A stretch of DNA of 64,000 bases. Source: an uncultured Chloroflexia bacterium (GTDB taxonomy: Bacteria; Chloroflexota; Limnocylindria; Limnocylindrales; CSP1-4). The notes beneath the pieces were generated by a model. The model was given only the letters and a program-made list of their open reading frames with translations, made no database searches and was not told the DNA's origin. The position numbers and the translations under genes are program-made. Below are positions 38,082-46,548 of this stretch, in pieces (within the stretch, counting starts at the first letter, position 1; the number at the start of each line of letters is the position of its first letter). The stretch is from the NCBI GenBank assembly GCA_963828165.1, contig CAWHDR010000001.1:2272001-2336000 (forward strand), in the 5' to 3' direction.

Positions 38082-40957
38082 CCGTGACCGAAGCTCGGGC
38101 TCGAGCGGGAACGTCGCCGAGCCAGAACGTCGTCGAGCAGATCGCCGCCCGGAGACGCGAGGACGTCGCGGCCGAATTCGCCGCCCATCCGACCAGGCCG
38201 GATCAGCAGGTCCCCGAAAGGCCCGAGCCGCGATCCTTCATCGAGCCATTCACGCGGCCCGGCCTGCACCTGATCGCCGAGGTCAAGCGCTCCTCGCCCT
38301 CGGCCGGGCAGATCGCGGCCGAGCGGCTGGACATCGTCGCGCAGGCGCGGGCGTATGCCGCCGGTGGGGCGGCGGCGATCTCCGTGCTGTGCGAGCCCCA
38401 CTGGTTCGGTGGCTCGGTCGACGACGTTCGACGTGTCCGAGATGCCGTCAGCATCCCGGTGTTGGCGAAGGAATTCGTCGTCGATCCGAGGCAGTTCGGA
38501 TCGCTTCGTGCCGCCGGTGCCGACGCGGTGCTCATCCTGGTCGTCCTGCATCCGAACAAGCGCCGTCTTCGCGAGCTCGTCTCGCTGGCGACGGACCTGG
38601 GCCTGGAGCCGCTGGTCGAGGCCCACGACCGGCGGGAGCTCGAGCTCGCGCTCGAGTCCGGCGCTCGCGCGATCGGCGTCAACAATCGCGACCTGCGGAC
38701 CCTCGACGTCGACGTCGAGCGTGCCGACCGTCTGCGGTCGCTCGTGCCCGACGACCGCGTCGTCATCGCCGAGTCTGGCGTCCGCGATCCATCCACCGTT
38801 GCGCGATGGAGAGCGCTCGGTTTCGACGGCGCCCTGGTGGGCGAGGCCCTGATGCGAGCGGCCGATCCGGCGGCAACGGTGCGCTCGTTCGTCGCCGCAG
38901 GGCGGCAGCCGGAAGATCCGGCAAACGTCGCCCGGCGACCCTTCGTGAAGATCTGCGGTGTGACCGACGCGGATGGCGTCGCTGCGGCGGTCGCGGCCGG
39001 GGCGGACGCCATCGGCCTGAACGTGGTCGCTGGCACGCCCCGCGAGCTCGGGTCGACCGAAGCCGGCGAGCTCGCAACGATGGTTCGCTCGATCGCGCCA
39101 CCGGCCCGACGGCCGGGCGTCGTGCTCATCACCGCGGATGCATCGACGGAGCTGATCCGCGAGACATCGCTTGCCGTGGACCCCGACGCGATCCAGGCGA
39201 GCGGCCACGAAACGATCGCCGCGGTCAGCGCCCTGCCACGGCCGTGCTGGAAGGTGCTGCACCTGCCGGTGAGCGATGGCGGGCAGCCCACCCGGGTGGC
39301 CGGCGGCACGGTCGAGGCGGCCGGAGCCTATCTCGCCACCGGCGCGGAGCGCATCCTCCTCGATACGGCAGGTGGCCTGCATCCGGGTGGCACGGGCCGG
39401 CGCGTCGCGGTGTCGCTGGCCGCGGCCGTGGCGCGGGAGGTGCCGGTGATCCTGGCCGGCGGCCTGACCGCGGCCAATGTCGCGGGGGCCCTGCGCGAGA
39501 TCCCGGCGGTCGGCGTGGACGTGGCCAGTGGCGTCGAGGCGCCTCGAAACCCCGGGGAGCGGCCGCGCAAGGACCCCGTCAAGGTCGCGCTGTTCGTCAA
39601 ACGCGCAAAGGCGTCGCGTGACGACCGTCCCAACGTGCCGTTCGGGCCGACGCCCGTCCATGCCGGCCTGCTCGCCGCCGATGGAGCGGGGCGCTGGGGC
39701 ATGGAGCGCGACTTCGGCGGCCGGTACGTTCCCGAGACGCTGATGGCGGCGCTGGCCCAGCTCGAGACCGCGTACGACGCCCTCCGCCACGATCCCGTGT
39801 TCTGGTCCGACCTCCGCGAGCTGCTGGAACGGTTCGCGGGCAGGCCCACCGCGTTGTATCGTGCCGACCGGCTGGCCGAGGCCGTCCGCGGCGAAGCCAT
39901 GCGCCTCGCCGGCGCCGTGGCCCGCTCGACGGAGCCCATCCCCGCGCTGCGCCTCTACCTGAAGCGCGAAGACCTCGCCCACACCGGGGCCCACAAGATC
40001 AACAACGCCCTTGGCCAGGCGCTGCTGACCCGCCGCCTCGGCAAGACCCGAGTGATCGCCGAGACCGGTGCCGGCCAGCATGGGGTGGCGACGGCGACCG
40101 CCTGCGCGCTGCTCGACCTGCCCTGCGTGGTGTACATGGGCGCCGAGGACATCGAGCGGCAGGGGCCCAACGTCCTGCGCATGAACGCGCTCGGCGCGGA
40201 GGTTCGCAGCGTCACATCCGGCACGGCCACGCTCAAGGATGCGGTCAACGAAGCCATGCGCGACTGGGTCACGAACGTCGAGACGACCCACTACGTCCTG
40301 GGCTCGGCGATGGGGCCGCACCCGTACCCCACGATCGTCGGCGACCTGCAGCGCCGCATCGGCGACGAGGCCGCCGCGCAGCTCCAGGACGTGGAGGGCC
40401 GCCTGCCGGACCTCGCCATCGCCTGCGTGGGTGGTGGCTCGAACGCGATCGGGCTGCTGGCGCGGTTCATCGGAGAGCCAGGCGTGCGCCTGGCCGTTGC
40501 AGAGGCGGCGGGCGACGGCATGGAGACCGGCCGCCATGCCGCGGCGATCCTGGGTGGCACGCCCGGCATCCTCCACGGATCGCGCTCCTTGATGCTCCAG
40601 GACCGCGACGGCCAGGTCGTCGAGGCCCATTCGGCCTCGGCGGGTCTCGATTACCCCGGGATCGGCCCGCAGCTCGCTGCGCTGGCGGAGGCTGGGCGGA
40701 TCGAGGTCGCGGCGGCGACCGATCGCGAGGCCGTGGCCGCCATGAAGGCGACGACTCGCACCGAAGGCATCCTGCCGGCGCTCGAGACCGCGCACGCGAT
40801 CGCGGCCTTGCCCAAGGTGCTCGCCGGCGTCGATGGCCTCGGGGGCGGATTCGGTGAGGAAGTCGTCGCCCTGCTCGGGTTCTCCGGGCGCGGCGACAAG
40901 GACCTCGCGGCGCTCGTCCGCTTCGACGACGTGGAGCCGTGGGACAGCGTGCGGTGA
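38078..40957 (+). CDS. trpCFB: TrpC-TrpF-TrpB triple fusion (IGP synthase / PRA isomerase / tryptophan synthase beta)
   Basis: Single 959-aa ORF: IAEVKRSSPS and GVNNRDL (TrpC); VKICGV, LAGGL, GVDVASGVE (TrpF); FGGRYVPE, HTGAHKINN, ETGAGQHG, GLDYPG (TrpB). Confidence 0.92.
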   Translation: MTVTEARARAGTSPSQNVVEQIAARRREDVAAEFAAHPTRPDQQVPERPEPRSFIEPFTRPGLHLIAEVKRSSPSAGQIAAERLDIVAQARAYAAGGAAAISVLCEPHWFGGSVDDVRRVRDAVSIPVLAKEFVVDPRQFGSLRAAGADAVLILVVLHPNKRRLRELVSLATDLGLEPLVEAHDRRELELALESGARAIGVNNRDLRTLDVDVERADRLRSLVPDDRVVIAESGVRDPSTVARWRALGFDGALVGEALMRAADPAATVRSFVAAGRQPEDPANVARRPFVKICGVTDADGVAAAVAAGADAIGLNVVAGTPRELGSTEAGELATMVRSIAPPARRPGVVLITADASTELIRETSLAVDPDAIQASGHETIAAVSALPRPCWKVLHLPVSDGGQPTRVAGGTVEAAGAYLATGAERILLDTAGGLHPGGTGRRVAVSLAAAVAREVPVILAGGLTAANVAGALREIPAVGVDVASGVEAPRNPGERPRKDPVKVALFVKRAKASRDDRPNVPFGPTPVHAGLLAADGAGRWGMERDFGGRYVPETLMAALAQLETAYDALRHDPVFWSDLRELLERFAGRPTALYRADRLAEAVRGEAMRLAGAVARSTEPIPALRLYLKREDLAHTGAHKINNALGQALLTRRLGKTRVIAETGAGQHGVATATACALLDLPCVVYMGAEDIERQGPNVLRMNALGAEVRSVTSGTATLKDAVNEAMRDWVTNVETTHYVLGSAMGPHPYPTIVGDLQRRIGDEAAAQLQDVEGRLPDLAIACVGGGSNAIGLLARFIGEPGVRLAVAEAAGDGMETGRHAAAILGGTPGILHGSRSLMLQDRDGQVVEAHSASAGLDYPGIGPQLAALAEAGRIEVAAATDREAVAAMKATTRTEGILPALETAHAIAALPKVLAGVDGLGGGFGEEVVALLGFSGRGDKDLAALVRFDDVEPWDSVR

Positions 40958-41310
40958 CCGGAGACGAGGTCCGCGCGCTGTGCCTCGGCCTGCCCGAGAC
41001 GACCGAGAAGGAGACCTGGGGCGACGAGTCGACCCCGGGTCACCCCACGTTCCGGATCCGCGACAAGATCTTCGTGATCATGGCCGACGACGGCTCGGGC
41101 GGAAGCATCCGCACGTCGATGGGCGAGCAGTCCGACCTGATGAGCTCGTTTCCGGAAGCGGCACGAAGCGCGGCGTACGTCGGACGGTTCGGATGGGTGG
41201 ACGTCGACTTCGGCGGGATCCCGGACGAGGTCCTGCGCGAGATCATCGAAGCCGCCTGGGCGCGGACCGCGCCGAAGAAGCTGGCAGCGGCCTGGCGGGA
41301 GTCGCGGTGA
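40954..41310 (+). CDS. MmcQ/YjbR family protein
   Basis: RALCLGLPET.EKETWG..HPTFRIRDKIF, YVGRFGWV, AWARTAPKKL; GTGA overlaps on both sides. Confidence 0.8.
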   Translation: MTGDEVRALCLGLPETTEKETWGDESTPGHPTFRIRDKIFVIMADDGSGGSIRTSMGEQSDLMSSFPEAARSAAYVGRFGWVDVDFGGIPDEVLREIIEAAWARTAPKKLAAAWRESR

Positions 41311-42161
41311 GCACCCTCGTCGCCGCGCGGCCGAGCGCCGCCGGGACGAACGACACGCCCGGTGCCCGCCGGATCGCGGCCGCCTTCGCCCGCGCTCGCG
41401 GCGAGGGGCGGGCCGCGTTGATGCCGTACGTGGTCGCGGGCTATCCCGACGCCGACACGAGCCTCGAAGTCGCGCTGGCCGTGGCCGACGCCGGTGCCGA
41501 CCTGCTCGAAGTCGGCCTGCCGTACTCGGACCCCCTCGCGGACGGTGCCACGCTCCAGCGTGCCTCGCAGGCCGCGATCAAGGCCGGCGCAACGCTGGAG
41601 GGCTCGCTCCGCCTGATCGAGCGGATCGGTGCCGCCCGGCCGGACCTGCCGCTGGTGCCCATGGCCTACGCGAACCAGGTCCTCGGCGGTGGGGACGGCG
41701 AGGCCGTGGCGCGGCGCCTCGCGGCCGCTGGTGCCGCCGGCATCATCGTCGCCGACCTGACACCCGACGAGGGCGGCGCGTTCGAAGCCGTCGCGCGCGC
41801 GGTCGGCCTGGCCGTGGTGTACCTCGTCGCGCCCACGACCCCGGCGGATCGTCGTGCCGAGATCGCGGCGCGCAGCGGCGGGTTCCTGTACTGCGTGTCG
41901 CTGGTCGGGGTGACGGGCGCCAGAACGTCGCTCCCGAAGACGGTCGGGCGACTGGTCAAGGACGTTACGGCGGCGTCACCGGTCCCCGTGGGGGTCGGGT
42001 TCGGCGTCAGCAAGCCGGCCCACGTGCGGGCCATCGCGAGGGCCGGCGCCGACGGGGTCATCGTCGCCTCGGCGCTCGTGGACGCGCTGGGGCCGGACGG
42101 TCGTGACGTGGAAAGCCTCCGTCGACTCGTGGAAGAGCTGCGGGCTGCGACCGCTCGCTGA
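41307..42161 (+). CDS. trpA: Tryptophan synthase alpha chain
   Basis: PYVVAGYP, LEVGLPYSDPLADG, LVAPTT, GVTGAR, VGFGVS. Confidence 0.95.
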   Translation: MSTLVAARPSAAGTNDTPGARRIAAAFARARGEGRAALMPYVVAGYPDADTSLEVALAVADAGADLLEVGLPYSDPLADGATLQRASQAAIKAGATLEGSLRLIERIGAARPDLPLVPMAYANQVLGGGDGEAVARRLAAAGAAGIIVADLTPDEGGAFEAVARAVGLAVVYLVAPTTPADRRAEIAARSGGFLYCVSLVGVTGARTSLPKTVGRLVKDVTAASPVPVGVGFGVSKPAHVRAIARAGADGVIVASALVDALGPDGRDVESLRRLVEELRAATAR

Positions 42162-42196
42162 CCTGACGACCAGGACGGCTCGTCTATCCTCGGAGC

Positions 42197-42859
42197 ATGG
42201 CGAAGCTCGATATCGGTGAAGAGGTCGCCCCGAAGAAGGCGTTCGTCTGGGCGATCGATTGGCCCGGCTGGTGCCGCTGGGGCAGGGACCGGGACCTCGC
42301 GATCGAGGCATTCATCGCGGCGCGCGGCCGGTACGCGAAGGTCGCCCGGCAGGCCGGCCTCGAACTCCCGCAAGTGGAGGCCGAAGACCTCCGCGTTGCC
42401 GAATCAGGCGGTGGTGGAGGCGGCACGGACTTCGGCGTCCCGTCGACGATCACGAAGCTTGACCGACGGCGCGTCACGAAAGCAGAAGCCGAGCGCCTGG
42501 CGAGCATCGTCGAGGCGGCCTGGGTCATCTTCGACCGGGTCGCCGAGCGCTCGCCGGCAGCGCTGCGCAAGGGGCCGCGGGGCGGTGGCCGAGACCGCGA
42601 CAAGATGATCGGGCACGTCATCGAGGCCGACCACGCGTACGCCCGCGAGATCGGCGTCCGGATGCCGGAGCCGTCCTTCGCCGACCGCGAGGCCGTCGAG
42701 GCCGAACGCGCCGCGGTGCTCGACGCCCTCCGCCAACCGTCCGACGGCTCTCCTCTCGCCGACCGGAGATGGACCACACGTTACGCGGCCCGCCGGATCG
42801 CCTGGCACGCGCTCGACCACGCCTGGGAGATGGAGGATCGCGCGGAGGCCGGACGGTGA
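42197..42859 (+). CDS. Conserved hypothetical protein, DinB-like C-terminus
   Basis: GC3-biased ORF; LRKGPRGGGRDRD, RRIAWHALDHAWEMED. Confidence 0.75.
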   Translation: MAKLDIGEEVAPKKAFVWAIDWPGWCRWGRDRDLAIEAFIAARGRYAKVARQAGLELPQVEAEDLRVAESGGGGGGTDFGVPSTITKLDRRRVTKAEAERLASIVEAAWVIFDRVAERSPAALRKGPRGGGRDRDKMIGHVIEADHAYAREIGVRMPEPSFADREAVEAERAAVLDALRQPSDGSPLADRRWTTRYAARRIAWHALDHAWEMEDRAEAGR

Positions 42860-44239
42860 TCAGGTACCGGGCAGGTGGACGAGGCGCGTCGATCCGGTCA
42901 GTGCGGTCACGGCCGAGACGAAGACGGACTGCAGGTCCTCGGACCGTGGCTGACAGTAGAAATGATCGCCATCGGTGTTCTCGGCCGCGATGCACCCGTT
43001 GTCGATGGAGGTGTTCGCCATGTCCGCGAGCACCCTGGTAACCGACTTGTTCTTGTAGAAACCGGTCGAGTCCGGGCACAGGTCCGCGCTCGTGACCCCG
43101 AAGCCGACCGTGAAGATCTCGATCCCGGCGGTCTTTGCCGCGGTCGACTCGGTGTTGGCCGCCAGGCACGTGAAGTCGGCGGCGGTTCCGGCGCTGTTGT
43201 AGTTGGGCGTGCCGTCCGTCTCGAACAGGATCGCCTTCGCGACACCGGCGCGACCGTTGGCCAGGAGATACTGGCGGGCCATCTTGATAGGCGTGGACAG
43301 GTTCGTACCGGTACTGGACGAGCTCATGCAATTGATCGCCTTGACGATCAGGCTGCTGGGATTCGCGGCGCCGGCGGCGTTCAGGTACGACTCGTTGACG
43401 GGGGCGCCCGTTCCGGTCAGCCCGACCGGGATCCACTTCGGGAGGTCGACCGGATAGGTGGACCCGTATTCGGGCGCGCTTCCGCCGACGCCCTTGGCCG
43501 GGGTATTGACGCCGCTGCACGTCGACGTGGTCTTGCTGGGGCCGAGTAGCCCCATGCCGACGTGCTGGATCGCCGGGTCGAGATACGTGAGCAAGGACTT
43601 GGCGGCGTCCTTCGCGTTCGTCATGTCGGCGGCGCTCATGCTGCTCGTCCGGTCGATGATGACGACCAGATCGAGCGGCACGGTCGGCGCAGCACCGCAG
43701 GGGCCACGGCAGGCGGCGGAGGTGACGATCTGGGTGGTGCCGCTCGTCACGCCGACGGCTGGGCCGAAACGGAACGGGACCGTCGCCGTCGAGGTGAGGA
43801 CGATGGTGTTGCAGGTGTCGCCTTCCGCCGGGACGCACGGCGCGACGCACACGCCGGCGCTACAGACCCACGCGCCGAAGACGTTACTCCCGGGATTGCA
43901 CACCGATGGAACGTCATTGGCGTCGAACACGCCGTTACCGTCGCGGTCACCGACGAGGCATCGATAGCTCACGGTCACATTCGCGGCCGGCAGCCCCGCG
44001 TAGTTCTTCTGAGCGAACTCCAACGCGACCGTACGCGCGTTGGGACCACTTGCCGGCAGCTGCGATGCGCCCGCCAGCGCGCCGGCGTCAAGGGCACTCC
44101 AGAGTTCCTGGTTCGCGCGCCGCAGCACCCCGACGTCGAGGACGATCGCGGCGAATCCCATCAGGACGCACAGCATCAAGGCGAAGATGACGATCATCTG
44201 GCCGCGCTGCCCGTCGGTCCGTCTCCGCATCTGCCTCAT
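42860..44239 (-). CDS. TadG-like pilus protein with VWA domain
   Basis: RGQMIVIFAL prepilin-like N-terminus, LDVG, ALDAGALAGA; MIDAS-like DRTSS, T, ETDG; many Cys. Confidence 0.85.
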   Translation of the reverse strand: MRQMRRRTDGQRGQMIVIFALMLCVLMGFAAIVLDVGVLRRANQELWSALDAGALAGASQLPASGPNARTVALEFAQKNYAGLPAANVTVSYRCLVGDRDGNGVFDANDVPSVCNPGSNVFGAWVCSAGVCVAPCVPAEGDTCNTIVLTSTATVPFRFGPAVGVTSGTTQIVTSAACRGPCGAAPTVPLDLVVIIDRTSSMSAADMTNAKDAAKSLLTYLDPAIQHVGMGLLGPSKTTSTCSGVNTPAKGVGGSAPEYGSTYPVDLPKWIPVGLTGTGAPVNESYLNAAGAANPSSLIVKAINCMSSSSTGTNLSTPIKMARQYLLANGRAGVAKAILFETDGTPNYNSAGTAADFTCLAANTESTAAKTAGIEIFTVGFGVTSADLCPDSTGFYKNKSVTRVLADMANTSIDNGCIAAENTDGDHFYCQPRSEDLQSVFVSAVTALTGSTRLVHLPGT

Positions 44240-44273
44240 GGTGGTCCCTTCTCCCGAGATGGCCCGTGCGGGT

Positions 44274-44714
44274 CTACTCGAGACGCATCTGAGCAGTCGA
44301 AGACAACTGGAACGTGTTGCCCACGGCAAGCGGCCAGATGAATCGGTACAGGTAGTTCACGGTGACGATCACCGAATCTCCGGCCTGCCACGACGCGAGC
44401 GTGCAGGTCGACGGGATCGAACCGACCGGTCGGGCGCAACTGCTCGAGACCGTGAGGTCGGTCTGATTCAAGCCGGTTGCCATGCCCCGCACCCTGGCCT
44501 CGATGGCCGCCGCATTGGGGTTGACGGTGCCGAGGCGGGCGCCCTCGCGGGCGGCGTTGGTGACGGTGATGGAAGAGTTCAGGCCCATGCCCATGTCCAC
44601 GATCCCCGCGATCAGCAACAGGAATAGCGGGAGGACGAGAGCGAACTCGACGAGAGCCTGACCGCGCCCGCGATCTGGGACGCGTTGAGACCGGTGCGAT
44701 CGTTCGATCGACAC
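44274..44714 (-). CDS. TadE-like pseudopilin
   Basis: RGQALVEFALVLP, NAAREGAR, C-terminal MRLE. Confidence 0.9.
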   Translation of the reverse strand: MSIERSHRSQRVPDRGRGQALVEFALVLPLFLLLIAGIVDMGMGLNSSITVTNAAREGARLGTVNPNAAAIEARVRGMATGLNQTDLTVSSSCARPVGSIPSTCTLASWQAGDSVIVTVNYLYRFIWPLAVGNTFQLSSTAQMRLE

Positions 44715-44926
44715 GGTTCGGCCACCTTCCCCGGTGATCCCCGATGTTGGCATCGGACCGACCTGCGATCCGATGCCGGGGACGTGGCGATACCTTGTCC
44801 CGCGCCCCTCGCCTTCGCAATGGGATATTGGTACGGAACGTTTGGCCGATGCGTTCGTGGACGGTGTCCCGACGCCCCACAACGGCCACGTTCCGGAGGC
44901 GTCTTTCGCCGGCGGTCGGCGCCAGA

Positions 44927-45790
44927 TCAGCCGACCGGCGGCTCCCAGCCGGAGGCCGCGGCCGCCGTCGCCAGGACGTCCTGGCGCGTCAGCCCGGCCG
45001 CCCGCAGCTCGCGCACGCCGGTATCGCCGGACGACTTCGAGAGCTTCCGGCCGTCGGGCCGTCGGATCAGCGGGTGGTGCAGGAACGTGGGCGGCTGCTC
45101 CCGACCGAGCAGGCGTCCGAGCCGGATCTGGGTCGGCGTGGCGTGGATCAGGTCGCGGCCACGAATGACGTGGTCGACATCCTGGCGGAGGTCGTCGACC
45201 ACGACGCTGAAGGGATAGGTCCAATTGCCGTCGCGATCGAGGATCGGCGGGTCACCGGCCGGCGCCACGTCACCAGCGCAGGGCCCCACCGCCGTGTCCA
45301 TCCACGTCTCGCGGCTGGCGCCGATCGCGGCCCGCAACATCGGCCCATCGAGCCCGCGCTCGCGGCAGCGACCCGGACAGCCGGGTCCAGTCCATGGGCT
45401 GGTGTTGGCCTCCGCCCAGTCCGTGAAGGTCGAGCGCGTGCAGTCGCAGCCGTACAGCAGGCCATCCGCACGAAGGCGCGCCAGCGCCGCCTCGTAGGCC
45501 GGCGCGACGTCGGGGTCCGCCTGCCGTGTCGGGCCCCGATCGGCCGCGAATCCCAGCCATGCCAGGTCCTCGATCAACGCCGCGTCGTACTCGGGCCGCG
45601 ACCGCACCCGATCGTGATCGTCGATCCGCAGCACGACCCGAGCGCCCACCGCCTCGGCGACGCCCCAGACCCAGATCGCGTTGGCGACGTGGCCAAGGTG
45701 GAGGTAGCCCGTCGGCGCGGGCGCGAACCGGGTCCACCCGCCACGCGGTACGCCCGAAAGGTCAGGTCGGCTCGTCGCCCCGGTCCTCAC
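44927..45790 (-). CDS. gluQ: Glutamyl-Q tRNA(Asp) synthetase-like protein (GluRS catalytic domain only)
   Basis: TRFAPAPTGYLHLGH, LRIDD, YGCDCTR, VVVDD, VIRGRDL, KLSKS; no anticodon domain; start uncertain. Confidence 0.8.
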   Translation of the reverse strand: MRTGATSRPDLSGVPRGGWTRFAPAPTGYLHLGHVANAIWVWGVAEAVGARVVLRIDDHDRVRSRPEYDAALIEDLAWLGFAADRGPTRQADPDVAPAYEAALARLRADGLLYGCDCTRSTFTDWAEANTSPWTGPGCPGRCRERGLDGPMLRAAIGASRETWMDTAVGPCAGDVAPAGDPPILDRDGNWTYPFSVVVDDLRQDVDHVIRGRDLIHATPTQIRLGRLLGREQPPTFLHHPLIRRPDGRKLSKSSGDTGVRELRAAGLTRQDVLATAAAASGWEPPVG

Positions 45791-46115
45791 GCGCCCGAGC
45801 GCGCTCCCGCTCCCGCTCCCGGTCACGCGACTCGAGCCCCCGCGTGGCCGCGAAGAGCCGCCGATACATGGCGAGCAGGTCCGCCTGCGGCATCGGGCCG
45901 TCGTTCGAGATCGAGACGCGGAGGAGCACCTCGCGCTCCCGGTCCGCATCGCGGATCGCCGTCCGTCCAGCCGCGGCCTTCGCCCGCCCGGCCTCGCGCG
46001 CGAGCTCGGCCCGCTCGTTCAGCATGGCCACGAGCTTGCGATCGAGCGCATCGATGCGCCGACGGAGCCGGCGCAGCTCGGCGGTCTCGGTGGGCCGCCT
46101 TCGGTCGTCAGGCAC
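45762..46115 (-). CDS. Chorismate mutase (AroQ type)
   Basis: LRRLRRRIDALDRKLVAMLNERA..A...GRAK, RD.DRE. Confidence 0.88.
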   Translation of the reverse strand: MPDDRRRPTETAELRRLRRRIDALDRKLVAMLNERAELAREAGRAKAAAGRTAIRDADREREVLLRVSISNDGPMPQADLLAMYRRLFAATRGLESRDRERERERARAREDRGDEPT

Positions 46116-46548
46116 GGGCGTCACCGAGCCGGCGCGCGATCGACTCCAGCGCCAGGTGGTAGCCGTGGGCGCCCTGGCCGACGATCGACTCGAGCGCGAT
46201 GTCGTGCAGGTAGTTGACGTGCCGGAACGGCTCCCGGCGAGAAGGATCGGAGAGGTGGACCTCGACGAACGGTCGCTCGATCGCAAGCAACGCGTCGCGC
46301 AGCGCCACGCTCGTGTGGGTGAGGCCTCCTGCGTTGACGATCGCGGCGTCGAAATCGCGGGCATGCAGCCGGTCGATCAGCGCGCCCTCGTGGTTCGACT
46401 GGAAGAAATCGATCGCCAGGCCGAGCTCCGCGGCTCGCGCGGCGATCCCCGCGTGGATCTCCTCGAGCGACTCGTGGCCGTAGATCTCCGGCTCGCGCGT
46501 GCCGACGAGGTTGAGGTTCGGCCCCTGGAGGACGAGGACGCGGGTCAT
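46108..46548 (-). CDS. aroQ: Type II 3-dehydroquinate dehydratase
   Basis: GPNLNLVGTREPEIYG, QSNHEG, THTSVALRDA, EVHLS, REPFRH. Confidence 0.95.
   Translation of the reverse strand: MTRVLVLQGPNLNLVGTREPEIYGHESLEEIHAGIAARAAELGLAIDFFQSNHEGALIDRLHARDFDAAIVNAGGLTHTSVALRDALLAIERPFVEVHLSDPSRREPFRHVNYLHDIALESIVGQGAHGYHLALESIARRLGDARA

Noticed and set aside
44715-44926. c-di-GMP riboswitch or shared operator (TCCGTACC, also near 28460) upstream of the tad pair
   Set aside because: No GEMM consensus; an 8-bp match is too short to support in high-GC DNA
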